Below are positions 24,979 through 44,199 of a stretch of DNA of 64,000 nucleotides, one piece after another. Each line of letters begins with the position of its first letter. Position 1 is the stretch's first letter. The translations under genes were made by a program, and so were the position numbers. Below the pieces are notes generated by a model. The model was not told the DNA's origin. It was given only the letters and a program-made list of their open reading frames with translations, and did not search any database. The stretch is from Blastocystis sp. Blastoise (taxonomy: Eukaryota > Protista > Bigyra: Opalinata): contig JBBPEB010000014.1 in assembly GCA_039096225.1 (NCBI GenBank), forward strand, positions 744,001-808,000. Reading direction: 5' to 3'.

Positions 24979-26303
24979 TCTTGGCCATAAAATAGAATTG
25001 ATATTATATATATATATATTATTTCTTGGCCATAAAATAGAATTGATATTATATATATATATATATATATTATATACCCTTCCATTCTACATGAATACTA
25101 TGATCTGCCAACATAAAGGATTGAGTATATTCAACATATTGAAATAAACAAGATGTACACGCTAATGCTAAATAACGTTTTTCAATATCAACATCTAATT
25201 TGGCCTCATCAATCTATATATATATATATACAAATATAAAATCATCTAGAATTGTATATAAACGAATTGATAAAAATTCATTTTTCCATATAATTTAATA
25301 ACTAATCTATATATATATATATACAGAGTACTGTTCAAGAAAATGAATCCCTATATATAAGAAGTAGTTAATTATAATAGAAAAAAGATATATATATAGA
25401 TATACCTTGTGTATCATCGAAATACTTACGAGCCACAGGAAGAAGTTGAACTTGAGTACTATCTGTATGATATATTGTATAATATATTAATAATATTTTC
25501 TTAAAACAAAAAACTACTCAATATAAATGAAAAAAAAAATTATTAAATACTATATATTTCTACCTTTATAGATTTGAGATAGTTTTTGAATTAATAAAGT
25601 TGAGGATTGTGTATTAGGATATAATATCACTTTAGGATTCATTCTATATCAATATGAATTCATTATATATACTATGATTCTATTATGTGTTTCTTTTATT
25701 CAAACATATATATATAATAATATAGAATAAACATACTTTTGAATTGTAGAAATAATATTAGTAAAACTCTGTGTATCTCTATATTATAAAAGTTTATAGT
25801 AATATATATAAATACCTAAGTTGTAATAATGACAACTTATGAAGAGCAAGAAGATTCATTGAGGAAAGTCCAACTTCTAATGAATGATTTACACAACTAT
25901 AGAGAGTCAATCATTTGTTTAATGAATAAAATCAATATATATTTTTTTACATAGAAATAACAACTCGATAACCATCAGAAGTAAGTAGATCTGATGAATC
26001 TGAAGATATACCACTTGTATTTGACTTTGAATTCCCACTTGAATAATTAGATTTTGAACTTTTTGATGACATCACTACTTAAACAGTAACATATTTATAA
26101 AAAAATAAGTTTGTACGAAAAGGATTTGACGATGAATGTGATTGTGAAGTCTTAGGGATATCCATTGGATGGTTTGTTGTCTAATACCATAATAAATTTT
26201 GTTATATAATATATACTCCTGTTGAATGTATTTTTTTAGTAGGTAATCCATCTGTTTCATCTGGAAATAATCCATCATTAAATTCTGCATACACACGTTT
26301 CAT
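20124..26303 (-). CDS. MSH4: MutS homologue 4 (meiotic MutSgamma subunit), about 30 exons, with a long low-complexity C-terminal extension
   Basis: EVGLSSMNL, VARKYFDDTQG, KRYLALACTSCLFQYVE, CLFGVINHT/TKVGSRLLRS, ITGPNASGKSSY, TRLGLGDDMETNASSFLMEMRE, LIILDEVGRG, ATHY. No mismatch-binding domain; the motifs fit MSH4. Confidence 0.88.
21152..21408 (-). repeat. Coding (AAT)n poly-Asn tracts in the MSH4 C-terminal exon
   Basis: In frame within ORF 20124..21578. Confidence 0.9.
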
Positions 26304-26419
26304 TGAATCTGTTTCTAAAATGATGTCAAACGAAAAACTAATAATGTCACAATTACAATAATATATTTTAGATCATTTAATAAAAGTATTTCAAAAGTAT
26401 AGAATGAAAAAGCAATTGA

Positions 26420-26427
26420 TTTCCCGC
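26420..26427. promoter_or_regulatory. E2F-type element TTTCCCGC about 117 bp upstream of MSH4 ATG
   Basis: Exact match to the TTTSSCGC consensus in an otherwise very AT-rich intergenic region. Confidence 0.45.
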
Positions 26428-26613
26428 TTTTCATTTTTTTTAGTTAATTTTTATTTTCTATTTTTTTTTCTTTTATTTAGATTGAGTTGAGTTTAGCTCA
26501 TGATAAGATAAAGCAAACACATATGTATCATATTAATATATATGTTTTTAATAATTACAACAAGGAGAGGAGATCACATATATTGTTTAGACAAATATTA
26601 TTTATATATATAT

Positions 26614-29600
26614 TTATAAATCATCTCTACTGTCGATGTCATTGAAGAAAAGGATATCCTTTTCTTTTCCATAGGAGATAATTTGAGAAATTTCTTCGAA
26701 AGGTAGAATATGACGAAGGAACTTTATAGAATCTTTCCATATCATTTTTGACCATGGGCATTTGTTGATTGCACGATAAAAAACACGTTTTGCTCTTTTG
26801 TAATTGCCATTAAAATATTCAAAACAAATATATGATCTCCATAACAGAGGCGAATGAGTTGCATCTAATGACTGAAAGAGATTCTCATATAAATCTCGCA
26901 TATAATGGGGTGACAATAGATGAATATGATACTTTCTTTGTCTATAAGATAAAAGGTATATATAATAATAGATATAAGTATAGAGAGATGTAGGATCAGG
27001 TCTGGAAAGCGGTGGGAAAAGAGGAGTAGAGAGAGATCGGAGGTATAAGGACATATAAGTCGAGAGTGGCTATATATGTTGAATAGAGTAACATGTTAGA
27101 AAAAAAAAATATGAGAGAAATATATAAGAAAAATATATAGATGATAAATGATAAATTGATAAAATAATAAATGAAGAAATAAGAATAATAATAAGAACAA
27201 GAATAAGAATAATAATAATAATAATAAGAATAATAATAATAATAAGAATAAGAATAAGAATAATAAGAATAAGAATAAGAATAAGAATAAAAATAATAAG
27301 AATAAAAATAATAAGAATAAAAATAGAAAAAAATAATATATAAATACACCCATAAATATTGATTCTGAATCATGTCTAATCAATATAGCTAAAAAAATAG
27401 AATTTCCAGGAATATCTCGAATAGCTAGTTTACAGTGTTTTCTAAGTATTTCTGGCGGTAAATAATGTGGAGAAGGGAGGGCATGAGGGATATAGAATGA
27501 TGATAGAGAGGGAAGAATAGAATGACGATATATATAATATAATTTAAACAGATGAAGAGAATAAACTATAGGTGTTGCAGGCTATATATATATATATATA
27601 TATTATATGAATAAGAAGAGTGATATTAGTCTGCAAATAATAAAATACATATATATATTTATACAATAATATCATTTTCTGTTAATAGTGATAATGAGTA
27701 ATCCATTGCTTCTATGAAGGCAAATATACCTATATTTAAATATAAATAAAATATATAAATATAAATAAGATATATAAATATTAATATATAAATCTAGAGA
27801 AAAATCATACCATAAGAGAGATAAGCCAGAAGAGCATGACAATAGGAGATATATACATAGGGAACATTCACATCTACAAGGAGTATATATAGAATAAGAG
27901 AATATATATATCATACATATATCCTTATAAACATTGCCTTTAATTCGCAAAGCTTCACTCTATATATATTTAATATAATGAACAATAGAATAAATATACA
28001 TTATCATAATATATATAAATAAATATAAGTTTATATATCTATATACCTTCATTAATTCTTTATAAATCATAAGACTCTTTTGAATATCTTTATCTTCTAT
28101 GTGTATATTCGGATTATATATATATATATTATTAGTATATTGACTTAGAAGCCATTGGCATTTCTTTATATCTTCATCCATCCAACAGGTATATACTTCT
28201 TTATATATATCAAAATGAGTATATATAGTTTGAGGAGTAGTGTTATTCAGTTGAATTAAGATATAACGATAAAACAAACTGATTATATGGATCTATAATA
28301 TATATATATATAGATTAATAAATAGCATGTTATATAATGACTGAAAGAATATTTTATGTTGAAATACATTTTATCATAATATATTAATATATATATTATT
28401 AATATATACTTGTTTATTCATATCTAATCTTTGTTTCAATTTACACATTGCTGTATATATCATTTCAGCATCTTTTGTTTTACCTAAATACATACATATC
28501 TCAATATAATACTCATATATATATAGATCCTCAGGTTTATTTCTGAAGAGTTGGAGATATTTCTTCATAAGAGGGAGAATAGACGAGATATAGGAGGTAT
28601 CCATACCTATATATATATATAGGAATAATAATAATACTCATAATAAACATAATAAAAGATATAATAATAATTCGATAATAACATGATAATAAAACAGTCA
28701 GTTTACTGAATTTATAGAATTATATAATTAAATAGCAAACAACAAAAAAATAGGAATATATAAATATATAATAATAATAGAAAGATTTCATAAATACTAT
28801 TTTTTGCAAGGATAGCTTCAAAGTATATATGATAGATATATAAGGAAGAGGAGTTAGGGAATTGATTGATTCCTTCAAGAAGAAGATTTCGAGCCTATTT
28901 GAAACAAAGAATAAAATAGATATAGTAAATAATAGAATAAATTCATTGTGAAATATTTATATAAAAAAAGAATTAATAAAAGAATAAAAGAATAAAAGAA
29001 TAAAAGAATAAAAGAATAAAAGAATAAAAGAATAAAAGAATAAAAGAATAAAAGAATAAAAGAATAAAAGAATAAAAGAATAAAAGAATAAAAGAATAAA
29101 AGAATAAAAGAATAAAAGAATAAAAGAATAAAAGAATAAAAGAATAAAAGAATAAAAGAATACAAATCGTTGTTTATCTGGATTTTCGAGGATATTTTTC
29201 GATATATATATAGGTTGTTGATATAGTTCTATTGAGGGTAATAGAGGAGAAGAAGGAGATATAAATGTATAGGTATCATTATCACTTGTAGTATGAGTAA
29301 ATACATAATTATATATAGTATAAATAGAAAGAGTTGGAGTATAAATACCCATATAGGAGAGAAGAAGAAGGAATAATGTATACTGTAAGGGTTCTTGAAT
29401 AGGAATAACAAAAGATTTAAATGAATCAAAATCAATAAAATCTTCTTCTTCTTCTTCTTCTTCTTGATTATCATTTATTTCATCATCATCAGTGTATTCT
29501 TTTGAATTATCATTATTATCATTTGTAGTTGTGTCATTATTACTGCTATTATGATTAGCACTATAATTCTTATCATTACTGGCTATCATATTATTATCCT

Positions 29601-32305
29601 CATTATTATTATTATTCTCACTATTATTATTCTCATTATTATTATTCTCACTATATCTACTGCTCAAATCATTTGAAATCACTCGATTCCAATAAATTGA
29701 TTCTGAACCTTCTTCGTCGTATAACCAATTATATATATATATATAATTCATATTTAATAACATATATAAATAGAATAACTATTAACTTATATATATGTAC
29801 TTATATAATGGATCATTATCAGAGATATAATTATATTTTAATGTATTTACATCTTCAAGTTCTTTTTCAACCTATAATAATTATATTTTGATATATATTT
29901 CATTATTATAAACATATACTTGTATATCATTTAACTCTTGTAATATATTCTTATATATTGTATTTATATTCTTATTTACATCTACTGGCATAGGAATTCG
30001 ATAACTATATATATATATTAGTTAGTTAATAGATATAAGTATTTTTTAAAAATATATAGTATATACATACCCATGAACAGAACTGTATACATATTGAATT
30101 CCTTCTTCTTCTTCTTCTTTCTTTTCTTGATTCATTTCTTGATTGTCTTCTATGTCATATATAGAAGGAAGGTTTCCACGATTCTCTGTATTCTCTGGCC
30201 AAATACAAAGAGGAATATCATAATGATCTGTAATATAGTAGAGAATAAAATATTTATAAATAAATTCATAAATATACATAAATATAGATGAATACTACAT
30301 ACCATCATAGACAGAAGCAGGAAAATAAATAGAGGATAGAGATGGAATAATACTTGTATGAATAGGAGGAGAAGAAGCAGAAGATCCTCTTTTTTGTTGT
30401 TCTTCATATATATATGTATCCCAATATATATAATTATCATTCCCCATAAGTGGACATTTATATAAGTATACTTCAAACAATTGTTGTTTTACTGTATTCG
30501 ATTTTCCTAAACATACTTCAGGAATCTATATATACATATATATAATATGTATTATAATATAGAGAACCAATTATTATATAATTATAGGTATATCCTTTTA
30601 TATTTATGTATAATGATAAAAATATTTTAGAAGATAATAATATAATATAATATATATAGGAATACATGAATATTAAATTCTAATAGGGATTGTAATAACA
30701 ATAAACCTTTATACATATATCCTTTCTCTTTAAGAACAAGAGAGTACTATATATATATAGAAATAGAACAATTTATAAGTATTCTATATATATATATACA
30801 TAGTAGATAATAGAGATGATATTATGAGTATAACTATCAATAATATCTTGTGGTGAACCTTGTCTGGCTAAAGTACTATATATATATATGTAATATATAA
30901 TAATTATAATTATGTGATTAGTATAATAAATAATCGTAATATATATATACTTTCTATAATCCATTAGAGACTCAAGACATGATGTAAAGAGTGAATAAAG
31001 GACTTCGACCTATATATAGATATATATAATATAAAATATATAATATATAATATAAAATATAATGATATATAATATATACATTAAATTCTGTACAATAGGA
31101 TAATTTGAATTGTATATAATATAACCAGACATTCTATACATATAAAATAGATAAAATCAAAAAATTTGGTTTATTATTCTGAAAATAATTATTATCAATT
31201 ATATATACATAGATATGAGAATATCTTTCAGTCAGTTGCTGAAATTTTGATTCAGATAGATCATGATCAGGTATCTATATATATATTAGAAGCTTGTAAA
31301 AAAAATAAATGCTTAATAGATAAAGAATGAAGTTATAAATGAAAATAGAATATACTTTGGTTAGTAGATTACAGTACATATAAAGAAGTGTTTGATTTTC
31401 AGGAAGTTGTTCCAAACCTTTTTCCAATATATAGATACATCGGTCAATGTTATTGATCTATAATAAATATTATATATATATATATATATATACTTGTTGT
31501 TGCTTGCTATTTGTGTTTGTCGACGATATATGTTGAATTATACGTATATAGTTATTAATATCTTTTTGATTGTCACGTAATTGCTATATAAATATTTATA
31601 TATTATTGAACATGAATAGAAACAAAAAGTAATAATGGATATTTAAAATAAAAACTTATATAAAAAGAGACATATAGATATAAATACCTTTTCAAGATCA
31701 TTATAAAGGAAACTTTCTTGTTCTTCTTTATTAAGCACACTTTCGGTATAAAATTCTTTTGATAAGGGATCTGTACCCAAGGGAATAAATCTATATATAT
31801 ATAGTTTATGAGAATACATAGTAATATAAGTAATTACTATATATATATTATATACTCGATATTAGTATTATTATTTCTTCTTTTATTATTAATTCGTTGA
31901 TAATCATATGCAAAGAGTCTTGATCGTTCATTCATCTTTATATATATATATATATATAGACAGAAATAGATAAATTTATTGATATATAGTATATAGATAT
32001 ATAAAATAAATAATAGTATAATATAAATAAATACATTTTGTTGTTCAAAATAGCGGATTGATTTCATGCCTTTTTTATAATGAATAATAGCATCGGGAGT
32101 AATAAGAAATTGAGTTTGTTTATATCTAAAATATCATTATATAAACTAATAATTCTTATGATTCATATACATAGGTATTATTTGTGAATATAATGATTCT
32201 AAAATAATATTATCTTTATCACCCTGTCGATCATAACAAAACTGATCTTTCTCTATATATAGCAAGGAGGTAATGAATAGATAAATTGTAATAAAAAATA
32301 AATAA

Positions 32306-32397
<92 letters not shown>

Positions 32398-33140
32398 AAA
32401 ATAAAATAAAATAAAATAAAATAAAAAATATCTACCAAAAGTGGGGTTTTCAGTTGATTGTTCTTCAGATGGAGAAAGATTATTATTTGATGAAGATACT
32501 TTGATATTAGAAGAAGATGATCTATGATGATGATGATGATGAGAATGATGATGAGAAGAAGAATGATGAAATAATAATGAGGATGAAATATCCATAGAAG
32601 GATTTGCTTCTTCCGATTTATTTGAAGACGCTCCTTTTTCAGATAAAGCTGTATTTGTATTTGAATCATCTCTTTAGAAATATTTTATAGAAAATAAAAA
32701 AAAAATCATATTAATAATTTATAGAAATATATTTACGATGATAACTCAACTTCATCAAAATAATCAAGAGCGTGAACACGTGTTCTCCTATTAAAAAGCA
32801 TTAAACATAATTAAAATAACATATACTTTGTAGCCATAACAGGATCATCATTTGAATGAGTATTCTTTTGAGAAAGACTCTGTTGATCATCTGTTTTCTT
32901 CTCTAAACTTGGTCTAAATTTTATAATATTATCATTTTTTATTTTTTAAATCATACGTTTCTACATTTGACTTCAATGGATCTGATGAGAATGATAGAGA
33001 CGCAAATGATGAGAATCGATTGCTCTCAGAAAACGGATTTTTTGACTATATCGTATTTCTTAAGATATCTAAAAAATAATACATACTTTATGATCATCAG
33101 AATCCGATGGTTTGACACCACCAAACAACATTTGTGACAT
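26614..33140 (-). CDS. NRDE2: NRDE2 (nuclear exosome regulator / Nrl1-like HAT-repeat protein), more than 20 exons
   Basis: N-terminal YDRQGDKDNIILESLY; C-terminal SPLLWRSYICFE...AKRVFYRAINKCPWSKMIW...EKDI. Confidence 0.85.
28975..29160. repeat. (AAAAGAAT)n 8-bp tandem repeat, about 23 copies, in an NRDE2 intron
   Basis: Seen directly; begins just after the GT donor on the minus strand. Confidence 0.95.
32303..32428. repeat. (AAAT)n/(AAAAT)n intronic repeat
   Basis: Seen directly. Confidence 0.9.
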
Positions 33141-33661
33141 ATTTGCGAGTTTTAGTTGGAAATATTGTATATATAACTTTTCTTATTATTTATCTTCTAG
33201 ATATAAAAATCAAAAAAGACTTTTCTCACTTATATAAAACAGTTTTATTCTCATGTTTTGTTTAAATTATATGTGACAGGATATATGTGAAACCAACTTT
33301 TAAAAATTTTGATTAAGAAACTCTATATTATTAAAGGTTGATGGTATGATTGTGTTCATCACTCTTATTCTTCAAATATTTTATATTGTTGGAAATATGG
33401 TAAACAGCTCCTCTGTATTATGACAAAAACATATATTAAATAAAAACGTTTCATTACAATTTGTCTTTTTACAATAGTCTTTTTACATGTTCTAAATTTT
33501 ATGAATTCTGATATTCATACTATATTCTTCATGACTCAAAACACTTTTAATCAAATAAAAAAGAAAATGAGGAGTATAAGCTTAGACTTTCAATATATGA
33601 AACTTCTAATCATTATTGACTTCTGGCTTCTCAAGAGGAATTCTAAGTCCAATTTTCGGAT

Positions 33662-33880
33662 AAGACTGTACTCATACAGGATCATTTCTATAGTGTACTC
33701 TCTTTTCTATTTTCTTACAAAATAGACATACATTCTAACTTTGATGATTCGTAATAGTTTCTGAGCTTAAATTGGGAGGCTAGTATATCTTTTGCTTCGG
33801 CATTCCGATATACATCGAAGAACGTCGGTAGACAATTCCATTCCAGTCTACTTGAAGCACAGAAACATTATGAAAAGTTA
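33662..33880 (+). ncRNA. U3: U3 snoRNA
   Basis: 5' AAGACTGTACTCATACAGGATCATTTCTATAGTG (GAC box, box A', box A), hinge region, TTGATGA (C'), hairpins GTATATC..GATATAC with a UUCG loop and GTAGAC..GTCTAC, long stem GTTTCTG/CAGAAAC, terminal TAACTTT/AAAGTTA. About 220 nt. Confidence 0.88.
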
Positions 33881-34375
33881 TTCTTTTATTAATCTAAATT
33901 TTTTGTTGTAAGTATATGTGATTAGAAGTTGTTATTTAAAATTGTTTTGATGTTTAAAGTTATTGTTTCTTAGTGATAGATACTTTAATTCAAATGAATA
34001 TAACAGTTATAAATGAAGTGTGAGCTATTTAATATAAGCAAATGATAATTTATAGTGATTTATCATTTGAATTTTCCAAAATGATATTAAACATGCTCTT
34101 TACGAGTATCGTATGCATTCACAAGTTATTGTGATATAGAATTTGAGAGTAAAAAAGTTAGTTTTATGAATATGGGTAAATAAAATTGAGATTTTTTATG
34201 ATTAAATAGTTGATTTGTCCAATTTAATATATGATATCTAGATAAGCAAGGTCAATAACTCTAAACAAGCACAAATTATGAAAGAAGAAACAATAATAGA
34301 GTAATGAAAAGAACAAAAATAAAATGAATGTTAATATAATAAAAAAGGAACATAAATAATTTGGAAATACAATGA

Positions 34376-35618
34376 TTACTTCTTAAAACGAGTCATGAAT
34401 ATAACAGAGACAACAGTGAATACAAATAGAAAAAGTGATAGGAAGATCATAACAATTGTAGCACATGTATTTGTGCAAGTAGCATGTGTTACTTTTTTGA
34501 TCTTTTTTGTTTCAAGCTGAGTTGCTGATATATCTATAGTAAATTAGAATTTAATTCAGAAGAAAAATAGCTTGTATATAGAGCAAATATCAAAATTTTA
34601 GTATAAAAATAGTATATAAATAGATTCTTATATATATATTTTAAATATATTGTTTTCAGTGAGTTTTGAAGTTTCATCCAAGAGTTTATTTCCATCCGAT
34701 AATTCTTTGTTAATAACATCTATATAAATGATAATATATAATATAATATTTATTTTTATAAATATATTTAAACAATAAAAAATAGTATTGTTTATAAGTA
34801 ATACAAGACTTTTCTTTTAATAAAGTTGTCATTTCTAATAAATCTGTTTTGATCTTTTCTTGATTATGGTATTCATTAAGTAAAACATCATCTCTTTATA
34901 TATATAGAAGAATATAAACAATTATAAATATCATACTAAGTATTATAATAATAATAAAAAAATAATTATATATACTTTTCTTTTAATTTATCATTTTCAA
35001 TCACTTTATTTCCTCTATATATACATTTATTATAATTATTAATATATCAGGATTATAGATAAAGACTATATGTAGATATATATATCTATATATAAATACA
35101 ATAATTGGTCTTTATCACTTGGAGATTCTTCACTATAGAATATATATATATATAAATATATTTTATTAGCAAAATATAGTACTGTTCATTCATTTGTAAA
35201 CTTTCTTCTATTTCTTTTGCTTCCTTTAAATATATATAAATATAATTAATATATTCAACTCTAAAAAAAATACCTCTTTTTGTTTTTCTTCTTCTTGTTT
35301 TTGTTTTTCCTCTTCTTCTTTTTGCTTTATTATTTGCTCACGTGCATTTTCTTCATGTTCTTGAAGTGTTTTCTTCAGCGCATCCATATTCTTTTGTAAT
35401 TCATCCACATCAATATCAATCATTTGTGTCGGATCCTCTTTACATATCTGCTTTATTTCTTCTAAATTATCTTCTTCTTCCTTTATAAAGGTTTTCAATT
35501 TATTGTATCGTACAGACTTTGTATTGATGTCATCATCAGGAAGAATATCAATATGATTCATGCATCTAGAATAGAATCTTTGAAAGTTCGTGACGAGCAT
35601 CGACAGATCTGTTTCCAT
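34376..35618 (-). CDS. USE1: USE1-like Qc-SNARE (ER retrograde), 7 exons
   Basis: N-terminal NFQRFYSRC; SNARE helix HNQEKIKTDLLEMTTLLKEKS...NKELSDGNKLLDETSKLTENN/ISATQLETKKI; C-terminal TM then RFKK*. Confidence 0.75.
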
Positions 35619-35769
35619 ATTACTAATCTAGAACATTTTTTGAGTCATGAATAAAGCATATTCATAAATAAATACGAAAAATTCTTGATATAAAAGTATA
35701 AAAAAAGTTTTGTTTCGTTTTTATTTGTTTTTTCTTGTAATATCATAATTTTTTGTTTAAATTTTGAAT

Positions 35770-37470
35770 ATGCCTCTCTGTTATAAGTGTAGAGTATGGT
35801 TGAATTATTTAGGGTATTTTACAAGCTTCTATAGACAGCTCCTGCAACCATTACAAATCGAAGTGGTGCTTGTTGTTTTGATTGTTTATTGTCCTTAGTT
35901 CTACGACAGACAAAGAATACATTCTCAGGATTTCGAGTTCCTAAAAACTCTACAATTCTCATTCCTTTCTCTGGAGGCAAATGTTCTACGTATTTCTTTT
36001 TAAATTATATTTATATTTGTTCTATAAAACTTAATTGAATAATTAATATAGTCTACTTGTTCATATGCTGACTTTATGTGTTAATGGAACAGGAAGATCG
36101 AGAATGCCTTATCAGGTAAGTTCTGAATCATTTTTTTTTATGATTATTCTTATAAAATTATTCTTTTATAAATTCAATTCAATCTTTTATATATCTAGTT
36201 AGCTGGTGTATATGTAGATACTTCAGTATTATTTCCTGAAGATCCAAACGATTCTTTATATTATGTGTCCTTATTATCTGAAGAATTAAAATTCAAATAT
36301 GATGTTATATCTTTAGAATCATGTACTTTCTTTAAGAATGATAAGAATTATTGTAAACAATTCTTTGATAATATAAAGTATATAGAGGGTATTTGTATTA
36401 TTATTATTATTATTATTGTTATTGTGATATAATTTATTATTATATTAATATAATATATTTTTATAGAAATATAGATAATAAAATAGATTTATTACAAATC
36501 TTCATTCAACAATGTATTCTAGAATATGCTCAATCTCATAGTATATATATTATTATTATTATTCTTTCTATTATATTTGTTATAATTATTCTTATTATTA
36601 ATATATATACTAATCATTTAATAGATTATTTATATGTTGCTTTCTCAAATACGTTGAATGATATTTCTGTTGAGATTTTGGCGCGTACGGTTAGCGGTAA
36701 AGGATATTCTATTCCTTATTATGTTTCTCCTTCCTCTCCTATTCTTACTACCTATGGGGTTCACATCATCTATCCTTTCTCTGCTGTTACTACGAAGGAA
36801 ATAGCCTGTTACTGCTATTATAAGCATATACAATATTCATCACAACATTATTATAACTTACAACGAACAAAAAATAACTCTATCAACTTCATTTCTACTA
36901 GTATGTGAATAAGATAGTATACTATTATATCAATCTTTATTCTCTATTTTTATATTTATTATATAAAAATATTATTCCTGTTTTCTTTTTATGATATATA
37001 TTATTCAATATTTCTTTTTATTATATAAAATAGTATTCTCTGTTTTTCATTTTATTATATACAAATTATTCAATATTTCATTTTATTATATAAATATCAT
37101 TCAATATATTTTCCTTCTCTTTTCCTTCTATTTATAATATGTATTTAGATTTAATTAGTTCTCTTCAAGATCATTCTAGAACAACAATTCATACACTCTC
37201 TGAAATACCTCATAAATTAGCAAATACAGAAATGAATCAAGATCAAATATGTGCCTTATGCCATGAGTAACTGTCTATAAATATATTAATATACATACAT
37301 ATATCATTCATATTATTTCTTATAAATATATAAATAGATATGGTCAAAAATTGAATGAAAAAGATTTATATTATGAAGCTAAAAAGGAAATAAATCATCA
37401 ATATTTATGTCCACATTGTTTATCTATGTGTGAAAAAGAACAATTATTGAATTTATTCCCACTCGCCTAA
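35770..37470 (+). CDS. CTU2: Cytoplasmic tRNA 2-thiolation protein 2
   Basis: MPLCYKCR...CCFDC...ILIPFSGGKCS, ILARTVSGKGYSIP, IIYPF...KEI, C-terminal CALC and LCPHC. TAA 37468-37470. Confidence 0.85.
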
Positions 37471-37890
37471 ATACTGTTATTTCTATGTATTGTTTAACCT
37501 AAAAAATCTAATTATTAAAGTATAGTTGATTTTTTTTTATTCACAATAAGTCTATCATCATCTTATAAACATGAAAATCTTGAATTTATATCCTTTATTC
37601 GATTAAAATATATATAGTTTTCAAATTGGTTTTATTTTTCAAAGTCATGTGTTTAAAGTAATGTAAGCTCTATATAATACAGTGATGCAACTATTACATA
37701 AATAAAAACAAATATTTAGAAATAATATGACAAGAATCACATATTTTAAAGATAAAGAGAAAACGAAGTTTTTTAGATTTGTTCACTCTTTCTTCTTCAA
37801 TAAAGCATGATTTTATTTTTACAATATTTTCATTCTATTCAACAAATTGTAAAGAGTGATCCTCACTGATTAATCATTTATTTATAAGCG

Positions 37891-44199
<6,309 letters not shown>

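Noticed and set aside
25215-25323. Apparent MSH4 micro-exon with an in-frame stop
   Set aside because: Direct joining EQYS/IDEAK matches MSH4 spacing, so the segment is intronic.
33501-33725. 74-aa ORF
   Set aside because: Overlaps the U3 upstream region and 5' end; no recognisable protein.
33782-33815. GCTTCGGCA hairpin resembling the U6 5' stem-loop
   Set aside because: No ACAGAGA box or AGC triad follows; it is an internal U3 hairpin.
34534-34650. U12-type AT-AC intron reading of the USE1 junction
   Set aside because: No ATATCCT donor or TCCTTAAC branch point.
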